A DNA stretch of 64,000 nucleotides from Marsupella aquatica (lineage: Eukaryota > Plantae > Marchantiophyta): assembly GCA_973895155.1 (NCBI GenBank), contig OZ316894.1, positions 21,423,867 to 21,487,866 on the forward strand, read 5' to 3'. The position numbers and the translations under genes were made by a program. This document shows, piece after piece, positions 13,607 through 27,805 of the stretch (position 1 is the stretch's first letter; each line of letters starts with the position of its first letter). A model generated the notes under the pieces. The model ran no database searches and was not told the origin of the DNA. It saw only the letters and a program-made list of their open reading frames with translations.

Positions 13607-16600
13607 ATGTTCTTCTCGGGAGATCCCTCCAGTAGGAGGAAAGTTGATTTGGGAGGAAGAAGTAACAAAGAGAGGGATCGGCAAAAACTTCTAGAAGAAG
13701 CTCGGCTCGAGCGGGAGCAAAGAAAGCGTGTCCGCGTACAAAATCAAAGTGCGAGTAGGATACAGGTATTTCTTTTAACAACTCGTATCGATTTCATTGA
13801 GTTTCGTCCTCAAACTCTTCATTGTCTGCGATTAGGCTCAGGACTGGCTCGTTTCCTCTGTGGAATTTGTGACTGCACTGGACAAGAATTTACTCGGGCC
13901 GACTACGAGTCTCGAGTCTCTTTTTGGCTATATTGATGAGGCTATTCTGTTTTGAATTGATGCGTTCTCTTCTGAGAATCACGCAGAGCATAAGTTGCTG
14001 AGCTGGGAGTAAGAATCTGATTGAGGATAAAGAGGATTTTGAGCTCCCTGTTATGATAAATTTTATTTTGTTTTTTATATAGTGAAGGTGATAAGTTATT
14101 TATGACAGTCAAACCTTTGTAGGTTTCCCTTAAAAGTGGCCATGTTTAACACTTGACAAGTTACTCACGACGATATAAACTTCTGTAGTCATCCCTAAGA
14201 CTGGTCAAGTCTGACAGTTCACAAGTTACTAATGACGATTCAAGACTCTGTAGTCTTCGCTCTAAGACTGGTCAGGTTGACCCGACATGGAAATGGGTAT
14301 GGAGATGAACATGAATTACCTTATGACTGCTTTATACAAATGTGCGTTTGTCTCACCAAGAAGAATGTCGAATGTGTACGTGACTTGCTTAATTATTGGA
14401 TCTGTGTCGTGTCACAGAAATGTTTTAGGGGGAGAACAATTGTTGCGGCTGCTCGTCCAGCAATTCGGAATGAATTCTGCAGTCTTTTTGGTGAAGCAGG
14501 AGCAAAAGCAGACAGGTAGTGGATCATATAATTTTTGTTCCGTCGGCCCTTTCTCGGTCCAGAGTTGCTTTCAATGTCGCCGATATGTCAGCACAGAAAA
14601 ATTGGATGAATGTAGGAGATTGTTGAAATACCGGTTTTGTTCATATTAGAGTGGATTTAGAATTTGGGATCCATGATACCTTCTGAGGTCGTTGTGTGGG
14701 GTCGTGTGGTTGTGGTAATCAGTCGTCTAGTGACAGCTATCTTCTTAGAAGCCACTTTCTCCCCCTGATCTGGAAGTGCTATTTTACGGACTTTCTCAGG
14801 GAGAGCTGTCCCATGTTCTTTGGTAGAGAATGGATGGGGCGGTGAAATATGAGCTTCATTTACAAACACTGAAACATTGTTTTAGTTCCCAGAATTTGTA
14901 ATTTCATTGCTTGTGGCACTTTTGTTGCAGTAAGGTGTTCAAGCCTTCGTCAAAGTACCTCCCACAGCTCTTTTTCTTCTTCAATGAGAAAAATGCCGCC
15001 GATTGCTTGCGACTCGTTGAAACTTGTCGCTTGTTGCAACAGTCCCTTAAGGAGACAGGTGAGCGAATTTCTAGAGGGTGCTATTTCTTGTCCTTCGCAT
15101 CCATATCATCTCATGCCTGGGTCAGTGCACCCTATTGTTGCAATTTCTTCGAACTCGCTTTATTAATCTTGTGCTGATCACATTTTCTAACCTCGTATTA
15201 TGACAAGGGCAAGCATTCATACAGGACGCATACTAAGTGAACCGGCTCTGTGTTTTCTTCGCAGACAACATCGTGGCCCTTTTTGCAGAAAATGGGCAGT
15301 CGGATTTACCCCTAATTGAATACAGGGTGAAGCAGCTTGCAAGACTCTGCATCAATACCCTCCATTTTCATCGGTGTGTGTTTTTACTCTGCTACGTGCT
15401 CATTGACAAGTATTGAAGCCCATTAGTAGAAATCTGTGTGGATTTATCGGATTGAAAGTTAAAGAGTTACCAATCATGTGTCCATTGTGTGTGTAGTGCC
15501 ACCTTGAAAGAAGATCTATTGAAGCCAACCCAACCGCCCTGCTCCATGAGCAATGCAGCTACTCTTCTTCTGGACACTATTCTTATTCTGACAGGGAATG
15601 AAATTCCCTGGTCTGGATCTGTCATGAACTATCTTATACAAAACAAACTCTTTTATCTTCTTCGGGGCATCTTCCTTACAGTGGTATGTCGTTGGAGGAC
15701 AAGAGTGATGATTGTTTTCAGCTTTGTTCATAAGTGATGTATCTATTCATCATGTGGACAGACTGCCTGATTGAAGGTTGGTGTGGGTGTTAGTGCACTT
15801 TATGTTGTGGTGTTTTTCCTGTTATTTTGGCGTCATACTCGCTTCCGTCAGTGGAAAGATGTCGTTTAACATGTGACATTACCTCTATATGTTACAGGGG
15901 CCGGAAGAAGGAACTAAGAGAGCAAGTTGCATAGAAAGTGCTGTCTTTGTACTGGCATCTCGAAATGCACAAAGGGCGCTCAGTGGTATCAGCAAGCTGA
16001 CAAAGTGGAGCTTTGCGACTGACATTTTGTCCATTCCACTTCTCTGGCAGCGGTTTCCTACTTTTAAGCAGGTACCAGGGCCCGCTCACAAAGCTGTCTG
16101 TGACCTTATTTATGCTGCACTGCAAAGAAACACGAAGTTTACAATTATTCTGAATCAGTATTGCGTGCTTAACTGATTTCCCCAAGGAGGGCTTCTCCCA
16201 GAGAGATTTCTATCTGCGTGGAAACCTTTTGTTTTCTATCTGGTTGACTTGCCTGTGCTGTTTCTTTGGCAGGAATGTGTGAATGAGAAATTGTGGGCTC
16301 AATCCATTCATCAGATAGCATTGTCATTGACAGAGTTGAAGAATGTTCTACCCCCGGATACGAGTCCGGGCTTTGCGTCTAGTGTTTGCTTGCTTGGCAA
16401 CATATTAGAAGTTTCTGGAGCAGCTCTAAGTGGCCAGAACTGCACGTTAAGCCTGGTAAGCTTATCTATGCTACCGGGTTTGATCTATGCGTCTCTGAAA
16501 AATTGTAGGTGTTCCAGATTGAAAAGTGAAAGGATTTGTGGAAAACCTACTACTGTGCCTCTTTCCTATTGGGCACGCTTGTTCTGGCTGGTCTATTCAT

Positions 16601-19600
16601 AGTCTAAGTACATGTTTGTTTACAGGCATCTGATTTTGCCACCGCTGCAAGGTACCTTATGGAAGAGCTGCCCCCATTCTACAAATCAAGAGTTGATGAA
16701 GGTATGTTTGTTCCGTTGCTTACGTACTCAATATTTAGAGTTTAGTTTCAAATTAAGAAAGCCATGTTGCCCCATCGTGCACTATGGCTTGAAAAGGAGA
16801 GCCTTAGAGGCAGAAACATTACCCTGGATTTTGTGTGTTCTGACATCCAAGCATGTGAAATGAAAAAATCTTTTCACTATCGGAAAGCTTATGCCTTTCC
16901 AATGTGTTGTTAAGTAAACCAGGTGATGAAGATGAGATGGAGGTTGATGGTGGTGCCAAAGTGGCACTAAGAGAACCTGCTCTAGAATTGCAGCTCCAAC
17001 AAGCTGCAAGCTTTGAGCTTCTGAGGAACTTGGTACGGCAGGTTCCTTCTAAGAGACCGGGGGGACGGTTTTTGTTTGCATGCCACATATTTTGAGTGAA
17101 TGAAGCAGAGATTTGTTGCCATAAGTGCGGCAATTGTCGTAATCACATTCGTGCCCCTTAGATTACATGTTGGTGTCTCTCAGTTGTCTCAGTCTTCTCC
17201 TTCTTCCCTCGTCCATCTCTCTTACCTTGTTGAGTTATGGCAGTGGATATATGGGCCACAGCTGCCAAAGAGTGTCGGTTGTTTTGGATGTGACATAATG
17301 GTGGTTCACAGTTTTGAAATTCCCTGTTAAAGAAGTTGAGTAAGTAATATTAGTGCTTGTTGTTGGTGCAGGTCAGAGTTACTTGTTCAGGGAGTGCGTC
17401 ATCACCAACGGAAAGGCCATCGGCTGCTGAAGCAGCAGCTGTTGGAGCTGTTTGTGCATTCTTGTATGCGAGCTTCACAGTACTCCCATCTGATTTGGTC
17501 ATGACAGGCATGACAGGGTTAGCATATAGGGCACAATTAGTTCCTCAGCTTTGGCAGTATATAAAGCGTTGCCATCAAGCACATTTCTGGCCTCCTGTTG
17601 AACTCCCAGGTAGAAATCTTGGTGATTCCCAGCTAACTGGTGACTTGCTGGGTTGGATGCTACCACTAGCGGTGTTCTGCCCAGTTTACAGGTGAGATAG
17701 ACTGCTTTCTACAGCTTCCTCTTTCTTTTGTTGGAAACAACCACATGTCGGAAATTGGTTTTATAACTCACGTTAATGCATTTCTCTATCACCACTTTCT
17801 TGCCGTGTGCAATGCCACGTATAACTCTTTCATGTGTGACAACGGACTTCTAGTGAGCTCTCTATTGGCTCAGATTTGTTGTTCAGTGTGGAGCTCTCTA
17901 GGTAAGCTTTATGGCGTACTTTCGGGCTCTGTCACAATGTCGACGGAGTTGTACCTATTTCGGGGTCCGGGAGAGGATCTGCTGTTTTGGGGCTCGTTGA
18001 TGTGGTCGTGCTCCATTTGGTTCTATGGTCGTTCGGATTAGCTTAATTCAGACTACAAAAAGGGTGAAATTAGCTGAAAGAGAAAACAAAGAAGGAAAGG
18101 AAACTACGAAGGAACTTAATTCAGTTCAATGTTTGTGGAGCATTACTGCTAGAGGTAATGAATCATCCTTTATTTATGTGGTTGTGTGGTGCAGTTATCT
18201 TCTGACAACTATAGATAATGAGGAGTTTTATGAACAACAGCGACCCATGTCTCTCGAGGATCTTGTACAATTGGTCCTTGTCTTGAAAGAGGTATCTATT
18301 TTTAAGATCACCTACTGTAGGGTTGCTTGATTCTTCAATGATTGCTTGCTTTCATGAGTCAGAACTGAAGGTAAATCCTCAGGTTGCTACTTGTACAATT
18401 CTGCTGATTGATTCACTTTCTCGGAAGTCCAAAGAATCTGACGTCATTTATGAGAAGAAAGTAAAGGATTTGGTCGTCCAATGCTTTCTTCTTTTTCTTT
18501 CTTTGATTCAGTCGTCACTCGCAGGCTCTCTGGCAGATATTGTGGGTAATGAGTGCAAAAGCTGTTTCAACTGTTCCAGCACAAAGGTCAAGTCAGAGCA
18601 GACCGACGATATTCTCTTCACAAGCAATACGCAATCGTGTTGGCGAAGCAGCGGCCAATCTTTTAGCAGCGGTATGGAATTTGAAAGTGTCGAGCATTCT
18701 ATAAATACGTAGTTGCCAGATTAATAATGGGAGAGGATACGTTCTTATGTGTGGCATATAGTATGCATTCAGCGTCGTTTGTATATATATCTGTGGAAGT
18801 GAAATTATTCTGTGAGGATGCGCGTATCTGCTCTCCAGCCCCGGTAGCTTGCAACGAAGAAAGATCTGTTTCAATGACACATTTGTTCTGCAGTTACATG
18901 ACCGCAACAGTAGGAGGCAATTTACATCGCCTCAGGACTTCCATGCACGAGAAGCTGTGGATGAGAATTTCTTTACTCAGGTTAGTAAAGTTCTTTACTC
19001 AGGTTAGTAAAGAATCAATCCCCTTGCAGGTTACACGATCGAGAAACAGAGAAAATAACGAAAATAAGAAGAAATCCAAATGAACTCCAAGAACACAAAA
19101 AGGAATTGTTAAAAAGAACAGAAAGAAGAAGCATGAAACAGGGGCGTCAACTTTCTTCCTTAGGGTTGGAGAATGTTGGATTACAGCATTTGCTTCAAAG
19201 CATAGAGCTACTCAAGGTGCTTCATTTCATCTTGACAATTTTATCGACTAATTTCCATGTAGACTTGGTTGCTGTAGGACAACATTTAACCGTGTTGACG
19301 GAATGAGTTTTTCTAAAAATTGATTGACAGGCTGAAAGCGAGAACACGAGGGCCCAATATCTATTACGGAAGGCACCCTTTTTGGTCCCTTTCACTGACA
19401 GAGTGCGCATTTACACAGTAAGTGTGACTTCCTTGTCTCCTTCGGGACTGAAAGAACAATCATAGAGATTGACATTTGACAACGGATAGGTATCTGTGTG
19501 TGCCCTTTGACAATCAATCAGCGTGGACTCTCTATGTTGCAAATGCAGAGTTCAAATTTATTTTCTCTATCCGAATTTCTGGCAGTAAACCTCGGCTGCT

Positions 19601-22600
19601 GACTTAAAGCTTTGCATGCGTAGATGTTTTTCAAAAAAATAAAAAGAGGCAATGATTGTTGACTAGTTTTTAAAATCAGATTTTGGCTGGAAAGACCTAC
19701 ATCAATTCTACACCAGTTGTGTAGAGGAGATTACTAAGATCTTTCAACATTGCACAATGCAGACCCAGTTGACAGCTGCTAGACAAGCAAGTAGTCATCA
19801 AACACCTTTTGGAAGGCTACGAGTAAGGATAAGAAGAGATCGTATCATAGAGGATGCGTTTGCACAGCTGAACCCTCTTTCTGAGGACTCCTTGAGGGGC
19901 ACTGTAAGTATTCCCACTTACGCTATCGCACATGGGAATATTAAATCAATAAAGCCACCTAATAGTAAAGTGCTCAGGGAGTTTTGCGGCACCCGTTTTG
20001 TTCAGTAACTTTTCAAGAGGTGCTGCATTATGCTGACAGTGTCTAGTTCAATCTCAAAAAACCTCTTGGGCGAACTTTAAGGAGAAGAATGGCGGAGCAC
20101 TGATTGAGGGTGGCTCTGCGTTTCTTAGATTCGAGTTACTTTTGTGAATGAATTGGGAGTTGAGGAAGCTGGTGTTGACGGGGGTGGGATTTTCAAAGAT
20201 TTCATGGAGAACATCACCAAGGCAGCTTTTGATATTCAGTATGGCCTGTTTAAGGTAATTTGAACCACCACTCTCTGGAATCTTGTGAAGGCTGTTGGTA
20301 GATTGAATGTTTTTGATAACCCAAAGCTGCAATGCTAAGAACACGCTGAATCCGAAGTTTTAGTTGACACGTTTTACTCGATTTTCAATTAGTCTGGGGT
20401 ATTTGAGATGACGGAAGTTCATTTCTTTTCTGCTATGTTTTGATTCTTTGAAGGTGGGACTCTCGGTTCGCTTTTCAGGAAACCGCAGATCATCTCCTTT
20501 TCCCAAATCCTTCGTCGAGTATGGTACATGATGACCATCTTCACTACTTCGAGTTTCTTGGGAAGATTCTTGGAAAGGTGAAGTTGCATCCTGCATTCAG
20601 ATATTCCAGTCTCCAAACTTTTATTGTTGGCTGACAGTATGTTGTGATGGAAAATTTGCCGAGTCTAACAGTTTGATGTCATGTGAATGCAGGCCATGTT
20701 TGAAGGCATATTGGTGGACATTCCCTTTGCTACGTTTTTCTTGAGCAAATTACGGAATAAGTAATGCTTGTTAACTCTATATTCTGTGTTTCCAGTGTTT
20801 AAAATCATTATGATGTGGGCCCTGGTAAGCTGAATGTTGGAGTATTTCAAAGGTCGTCTAGATGAACAAGTTTTGAATATCTGATTCAAATCTCATAATT
20901 CAACAAAATCAAAGATGGTTCTTGCAAGAGTTGAAGAACATTAAGGATTGTCCTAAATGACTGCAGGCATAATTTTCTTCACGATTTGCCATCGCTGGAT
21001 CCTGAGCTTTATCGCAGTTTGCTCTTTCTCAAAGTACGTTTTTGCAGTCAATATACTTATTGTCAAAGGGTTGATTTGTGCTCCGCGTAGGTTTTCCCGT
21101 GTGTTGCTTGTAGACTCATTTTTTCTAGAAGAAGATGCTGTTGTTCTAGCAAGGAATTTAGGTGCTTGATGTTACTGACAGCTGGAGCGGCTCTGTTATT
21201 TTCCCGCAGAATTACAGTGGGGACCTGTCACAGTTGGGTCTATATTTTTCTATTGAAAACAACGAGTATGGAGAGCAAATGGAGATCGAACTCATGGAAG
21301 GTGGGAAGGATGTGCCTGTTACCAACGCAAATAAAATAAAGTATATAAACCTGGTAGCGAATCATCGGCTCAACACTCAAGTAGGTCATCTTCCCATATT
21401 GAGGACATTGTTACTGCCAAGACCTTTCAAGTTCTGGTTTGTGCTGTGAATCTACCATCTGATCATACTTACACAGGTTACATATGGCTTGCCCGTGGAA
21501 ACTTCGGGCATGACTTGTAGGTTGTCTGCAAGATTCACGCAATTGTAAATTTCACAATCTGTGCAGCTGGTCTGAGATTTTTGATACTGGAAATCATTCG
21601 GCAGACGCAGTTAATATTTTTGCTTACATAATTATCGTTGATTCCAATATTGGTGCTTGTGTTGCCTCTCAGATTCGCCCACAGAGTTCTCAATTCTTAC
21701 GAGGGTTTCAGCAGCTTATAAAGACGGAATGGATCAATATGTTCAATGAGCAGGAGTTGCAGGTATTACTTCGAACTGAATGGCCTCTTGTCTTTTATGG
21801 GCTTAAATCGTGTTCTGTGGCTGAAAGCCGCCAATTGTATTTAAATTGGTCTTCTGTGGGGAAAGGAAATCAAAGTTCGAATCACAAGCTAATTATCTGT
21901 ACCGCGAGAAAAAGAGTACCAGCAAGAACGGAAACACCTTGTTGTAAATACAGCAAAAAATGAAGACATAGTTATAAAAGATTAGTGCTTTCAAAGTTCT
22001 GCAAGAAAACATTCTTGTCCATTTTCTTTCAAGAAAAGAAATTTGAATTCTCTTGGTTACATTTTTGCCTTGCGCGATCAGACTAGTATCAGTTTTTTAA
22101 AGTAGGCCCTTGATCTGGTCCAGCTTGCTGCGAAACCTGTATAAGTGAGGTTGTGCGTAATGCAGATTCTAATATCTGGCTCTCAAGAAGGAATGGACGT
22201 TAATGATCTCCGGGCCAATGTAAACTATTCTGGTGGTTATTCTGAGGTAAATTATAAAGCTATTTATTTATTGGCGCTTAAAGATTTATCAGAATTTAAG
22301 ATTTCCACAATGTTTCGGAGAACAGCAGTCTGCCGTAGCGAAAGGATTTTGAGATTTTTGTTTAGTGCGTTTTGCGTTTCTAGATTCGTCATGCAGTATC
22401 TTGGCCATGTACACATCGTAGAGAGCTCTCAATTGGTGGCTAAATTGAGTCAGATGTGGGTACGTAAGTATTGTAAAAAAGTAGAGGATGTTTATAATTT
22501 ATGCCTCTGTGACTAAGTTACCATCTTCAGTCTGACAAACTTATTGATGCCTCATTATCAGCACCATCCTGTTATCGAGATGTTTTGGGACGTGGTGAAG

Positions 22601-23722
22601 ACTCTCGATCTGGATCTCCAACGAAAGTTTTTGAAGTACGACGTCTACTCATGCTTAACGAAACTTGTCCTAAATTTTTGATCTCTATTCGAAGCACCTC
22701 TTGCAGGTCTAACCTGATGGGTCGTTTTTTCAGATTTGTTACGGGTTGCTCTCGTGGCCCATTGCTTGGCTTTAAGTACCTCGAACCTCAATTCTGCATA
22801 CAGAGGTAGATAGCTCATTCTCAAACCGTTGAATGGTCACTACAGCTTTGACTCTCTATGGTCGTCTCTACTCGGTTTATACCATCTTTTCTGATGAAGA
22901 TTCTGTTAAATAAAGCCAGGTCTTGCATCTTGTAATCACAACAGTTATTCCATGCCCTCCATATTTATGCCTTTAGACCGCTTATGACGAATCGTTATAA
23001 TGTATCTTTGGGCTCTTGACCTGAGGCTGTTCTGCTCATACTTACCCTTAATGTTTATTTAGAGATTTGTTTAGTTTTCTTTCTCTCCCTCACCCTTGCA
23101 TGGGGATCAATCCGTAGAATCGTTTGTGTTGTACTAGCTGTTACTGCGTTCCCCCACCACAGTCCCATTGTAAATTTATTGGCTGACAACAGAAGGTTGT
23201 AGATACGGGGGCTCTTGTATTTACCGCAACTCCTCCATTGTACTGATCAACGGAAATGTTATCAGAGCTGCGCCAGAGGATGCATCAGAAGAGATGTTGG
23301 ATCGTTTGCCAACTTCAGCAACTTGTATGAATCTCCTGAAGCTTCCTCCATATAAAAGGTAATCCCACAATTCATTCTACATGTTCTGACTTTTTTTCAG
23401 TGACGGTCGATGTCAACACTTATCTCTACATAAGAAAGTGATGCCAAACACCAATCTCTACATAAGAAAGCCTCAGGAGGAAGGTTACGTTCTGATGAAA
23501 TATGAATCCATACTCAATAAGCTAAATGCTCGAAGTGAATCAGTTATTGCAGATGTTGAATCGTAAAGATCTGGGGCTTTAATAAATGACTGTCTGATCC
23601 GTGAACGGAGAAAAGTTTTTGTTAACTTCAGGGTAATTATTTTTGTGCATTGCAGCAAGGAGATTATTCAGGAGAAGCTGATGTATGCCATCACAGCTGG
23701 TGCCGGATTTGACTTGAGCTAA
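13607..23722 (+). CDS. UPL6: HECT E3 ubiquitin ligase with N-terminal IQ motif, UPL6/UBE3C-like, ~26 exons
   Basis: [32 protein letters not shown]|KCFRGR; [18 protein letters not shown]; [11 protein letters not shown]; [23 protein letters not shown]; [23 protein letters not shown]; catalytic [16 protein letters not shown]; ends AGFDLS-TAA (23720-23722). GT-AG boundaries consistent. Confidence 0.95.
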
Positions 23723-24739
23723 TTCACATTTCTAGGAGTAACAGGCTCATTTGGAACCATGGGTATCGACGCGCACCTCTGGGTGCCAAGGCTGGTCCAG
23801 GCTTGGAGGGTGAAAGACTATCACACTTAGGACACTTTCCCAGTTCATTCAATGGACGAGTCACGTAGAAGTAGTTCTCCTCTCCATATCATCCAGTTGG
23901 TACATCCATCAGTAGATATCCGAATGCTGCCTACCACAAGCTGGCAGCAGTCAGTTACGTCCTGATTTATTCTGGACTCAACTGCACATATGGTGAATCA
24001 TTGCCACTGTTCTTATTCAGGAGATTTTCTTGCTGTGCTCGCCAAGATACACAGCAACATCTGCAACGGAGCTTTCAATGAGTGGCATGATCATCTGTAA
24101 ATTTGAATTTGTCACAGGACTGGTCACAATGGGATTGTATCGTTGGTAATTGTACATTGAAACGCCCTAGGAGGGGAGGATAGCAGAAGAATACTTACAT
24201 GAACACTCTGTTTTGGATGATGCCGTATTTGTATGTACTGGCTCGTTAGGGAGGACATTGTGATGACCGGGGATGATTTGGCACTTTTGTATGTGCAACA
24301 GACATGTTGTACAGAGGTTTTGTATATGATCACTTATATGCTGCGTATGACTGTCCCTACTCAAGCAGACACTCGGGAGGCTTTGCAATGACTGGCAACG
24401 TTCTCGTCTTTTGTAATTTTGTAAAGTGTACGTGAACACACATCATTCTCATAACCACCTCTGGATCTCTAAAGAATGTTTGTACTCTGTCCCTTACACT
24501 CGATGCAAATGCGAATGCTCCAACTTGCTGTTTGTGGAACTTCCAAATGTCGTTCAATTTCTACACGCCGACTGTGGAAATTCGATTCTGCTTTTTTACC
24601 AGACTTCGCTGTCCTTAACCTTCAACATTGTAAAACATGGTGGATGGATTTCACAGGGCACGTATTTCAAAAGCGCTCACGATAAGCAAACGTTTGAAGA
24701 AATAAGATTCCGAAGATTCTCTCTGAAAACGTTCTGGTG

Positions 24740-25066
24740 AAGAATGTGACCATCATTATCATCATGAACATGATCGTTGGGGAAATCAATGTGTGACTTC
24801 CCTTGCAGTTCAGTAAGCGTTCTGTGCTGGTCGATATTGGATGATTTCGGTCGTTGGTGAATTGGAACATTGTTCTATACCACTTGAGGAAATTGAATGA
24901 TAAGAATGTGGGCATCATTACCAACAGTGGACATGATCAGTGGGGAAATCAATGCGTGACTTCCCTCCGGTTCAGTAAACGTTTTGTACTGGTCCATACT
25001 GGATGGATTCAGTCTTCACTGAAGTGCAACCTTGTTCTATACCACTTCAGAAAATTGAATGATGAT
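24740..25066. repeat. Two diverged ~163-bp tandem units downstream of UPL6
   Basis: GAATGTG..CATCATT..ACATGATC..TGGGGAAATCAATG.GTGACTTCCCT..TTGTTCTATACCACTT.AG.AAATTGAATGAT present twice. Confidence 0.75.
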
Positions 25067-25769
25067 ATTTCGCTTGCACTTCAAACATGATGAGTAGCCG
25101 AGTGGCATCGAAGCTGAATCGGACCGCATTTTCAGGTTCTATTTCAGTACAACGTCTTAGAGATGCCATCAGAGCGAACTTTCATCGGAACTTGACGTTA
25201 CTGGGCTGTGCCACAATCATGACCAAATTATACAGGAATTGCAATTTTGCGGAGACCTGGAAAAATCTCCCAGAAAACAGAACTGAAGTCCTAGTGAGCA
25301 TCACGCCTCATTTTACTCATCTGGGGCTTTGTGTCGTGAGGAGATCTCACATTCCCCGAATATGCTACCTCCGCGGGGACTCAAATTCAATAGTGCCTAG
25401 TATGAAATTCAGAAGTAAGCTTTCCAGCTGGATTCGGACGCCTTCTCCATCACCTGCCCCTTCATTCTCGCTCCTTGCCGGTCACGAAGACTTTGGGCGC
25501 AATCCTGCCAGAGTGCATGAAATCTACACCGTGTTAATGCTGCTCCATATCCCTGGCGCCATGTACACTGCCCGGTCCAGTCCCCAATGTTGCTGCGTGC
25601 TGAGTTTCCCATAACATAAATCAAGATTCTACCATTTTGTCACTTGCTCCGATCCGATCAACTATGTGTAATCGACTTTGGGTTTATGTTCGGGCACCCT
25701 TCACTTGCTATAGCCTGTTCCAAGCCAAGTTCTCGATGTTGTTGTCTGGTCTTGCCCAAGTTTGTCATA

Positions 25770-26370
25770 ACATAAACCAATACTCTATCATTAATCATGA
25801 TTTTTATTCAAAGTACTAGACTTTGCCTGAACACTTGGACTCTTTTACAAAACATGACTCCACTCGAAAGAAGCGTTTATTGCAAAACAGGCATGACTCC
25901 ACTTCACTTGAAAGAAGTGTTGCCACAAACATAAATCATAACTCCATAGAGAAGAAGCACTTGACAAAAATCAACCAAGACTCTATCAATCATGATTCTT
26001 ATATAACCAAAATACTAAACTCTGCCTGAACACTTACCATGATTCTTATATAACCAAAGTACTAAACTCTACTTAGCATGGATTCTTATATAACCAAAGT
26101 ACTAAACTCTACTTAGCATGGATTCTTATATAACAAAAGTACTAAACTCTGCCTAAACACTTAGACTCTATTACAAAACAACATGACTTTGTTGGAAAGA
26201 AGTGTTGCCAGAACATAAACCACTATTGCATAGAGAAAACATTTGGCAGATAATCAATCAAGATTCTTAATCAAAATACTAGACTCCCTCTCAACACTAA
26301 TGTGAGACTCTCTTATGAAGCAAGCATGACTCGGATGGAAAAAAGTGTTGCCAGAACATAAGGAATGACT
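25770..26370. repeat. AT-rich repeat block heading HNL unit 1 (CATGATTCTTATATAACCAAAGTACTAAACTCT repeats)
   Basis: 41-51-bp tandem units at 25990-26160; homologous blocks at 42851-43260 and 60830-61300. Confidence 0.8.
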
Positions 26371-26384
26371 GCACAAGGAAGGAG

Positions 26385-26790
26385 TCTATGACACTAAGTA
26401 GATCGGGCTGCAAGGGGCAACCAAAAAAAAAATGAAGTGTGCCAAAACATAAACCCAAAGTCAATTGCACAAAGGTGACACAAGTAGATTGGGCCGACAG
26501 GGGCAACCAAAAAAACATAAACCCAAGTCACTCCATGACACTAAGTAGATGGGGCCGAAAGGGGCAACCAAAAAAGAAAATGAAGTGCACCAAAACATAA
26601 ACCCAAAGTCAATTGCACAAAGGTGACACTAAGTAGATGGGGCCAACCGGGGCAACCAAAAAAACATAAACCCAAGTCACTCCATGACACTAAGTAGATG
26701 GGGCCGAAAGGGGCAACCAAAAAAGAAAATGAAGTGCGCCAAAACATAAACCCAAAATCAATTGCAATCAATTGCACAAAGGTGATGGGG
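26385..26790. repeat. Minisatellite upstream of HNL copy 1 (core GACACTAAGTAGATGGGGCCGAAAGGGGCAACCAAAAAA, 5 copies)
   Basis: Cores near 26389, 26477, 26537, 26624 and 26686. Confidence 0.85.
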
Positions 26791-26990
26791 CCAAAAACGA
26801 GTGACAAAATACTCGAACACTCCTTTCTTCAACTCGGTGATGCCTGTCGGAGTGACTCGCGTTAGCTCCATGATCTCGTCGACACGCTCTCCACGATGTG
26901 GGAAGTCGGACGGGAGCCTAGATATATCTGGCACCCTCCGTTGTTCCACAATCGGTCCAATTCCGCAGATTTTCAGTGTGAGACTCCACC

Positions 26991-27000
26991 TCTATATATC
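26991..27000 (+). promoter_or_regulatory. Candidate TATA box (CTCTATATATCC) of the HNL unit
   Basis: Conserved at ~43760 and ~61617, ~0.8 kb before the ATG; conservation may only reflect duplication. Confidence 0.3.
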
Positions 27001-27805
27001 CTCGGGAGAAGAAGGATTCCCGTTGAAGTTTGTGAAAAGCAGTCCAGCTTGTTTGCTTTTGCCTTTTGGGGTCGACTATGATCAATTTTCCGAAATCTTG
27101 ATGACTATTTCCGATGCAATCCTCTCCACATAACCCGAACCCAACCCTTACTAGTGGGTGAACTTTTACTCAAGGATGCCGTTGGTGCACCAGGGGAGCA
27201 GGATCTGGAATCTGGTCTTCTGTGACATCACTGCAATTCTACCGTCCACTGGAGGTACTGTTTGGCTCAAATGAGGACTCTCTCTCTGACACTTCCTCAG
27301 AGAATGGTTCAGATGGTGCGAGGTTGGTGAGTTCCAATTGCGATCATTTGGGAACTCCAACGGGAACGCTATTGAAGGCACGAGCAAGTCTTCATTTCTG
27401 TTGACATGTTTTCGTCCTCAGTCTCTTCCGCTGTTAGTCTCCATGTGGAGTGAATTCTGAACGAGAAGGGACGTTCTGTCTAAGTCCACCGCACCTCGTC
27501 CTTACGAAACGGTCGACATAAGATCAATTGAAATACGAGACGACAGTCACCAACTCATCGATCTGCGTCTTCACGATGCCGAAGGAAGAAGCCGTGCCAA
27601 TTTGCGCAGAGAGATGGTACTTCATATACTGATGGCAAGGCACGGTGCAAGTAGGTGGAATCTCTCTGTGAAAATCGTGTCACAATTGGTTGAATCCTTC
27701 CTCAATTTCATCGTCTGTATTCATGAAGATTCAGCAGGTGTGTTCCCGTGTGTCTTCAAGTGGCCATTATTGAATACCCTCTCAGATACGGTTTGAATAG
27801 ATCTT

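Noticed and set aside
18292-18300. U12-type intron donor in UPL6 (GTATCTATT)
   Set aside because: Does not match the GTATCCTT consensus; treated as an ordinary U2 intron
26537-26575. Ribozyme or structured RNA suggested by the CC-GAAA-GG/CC-GCAA-GG tetraloop
   Set aside because: The stem is only 2-3 bp, other copies break it, and there is no hammerhead CTGANGA core
26385-26790. CRISPR-like array of ~40-bp repeats with spacers
   Set aside because: The spacers are related to each other, there are no cas genes and the context is eukaryotic; it is a minisatellite
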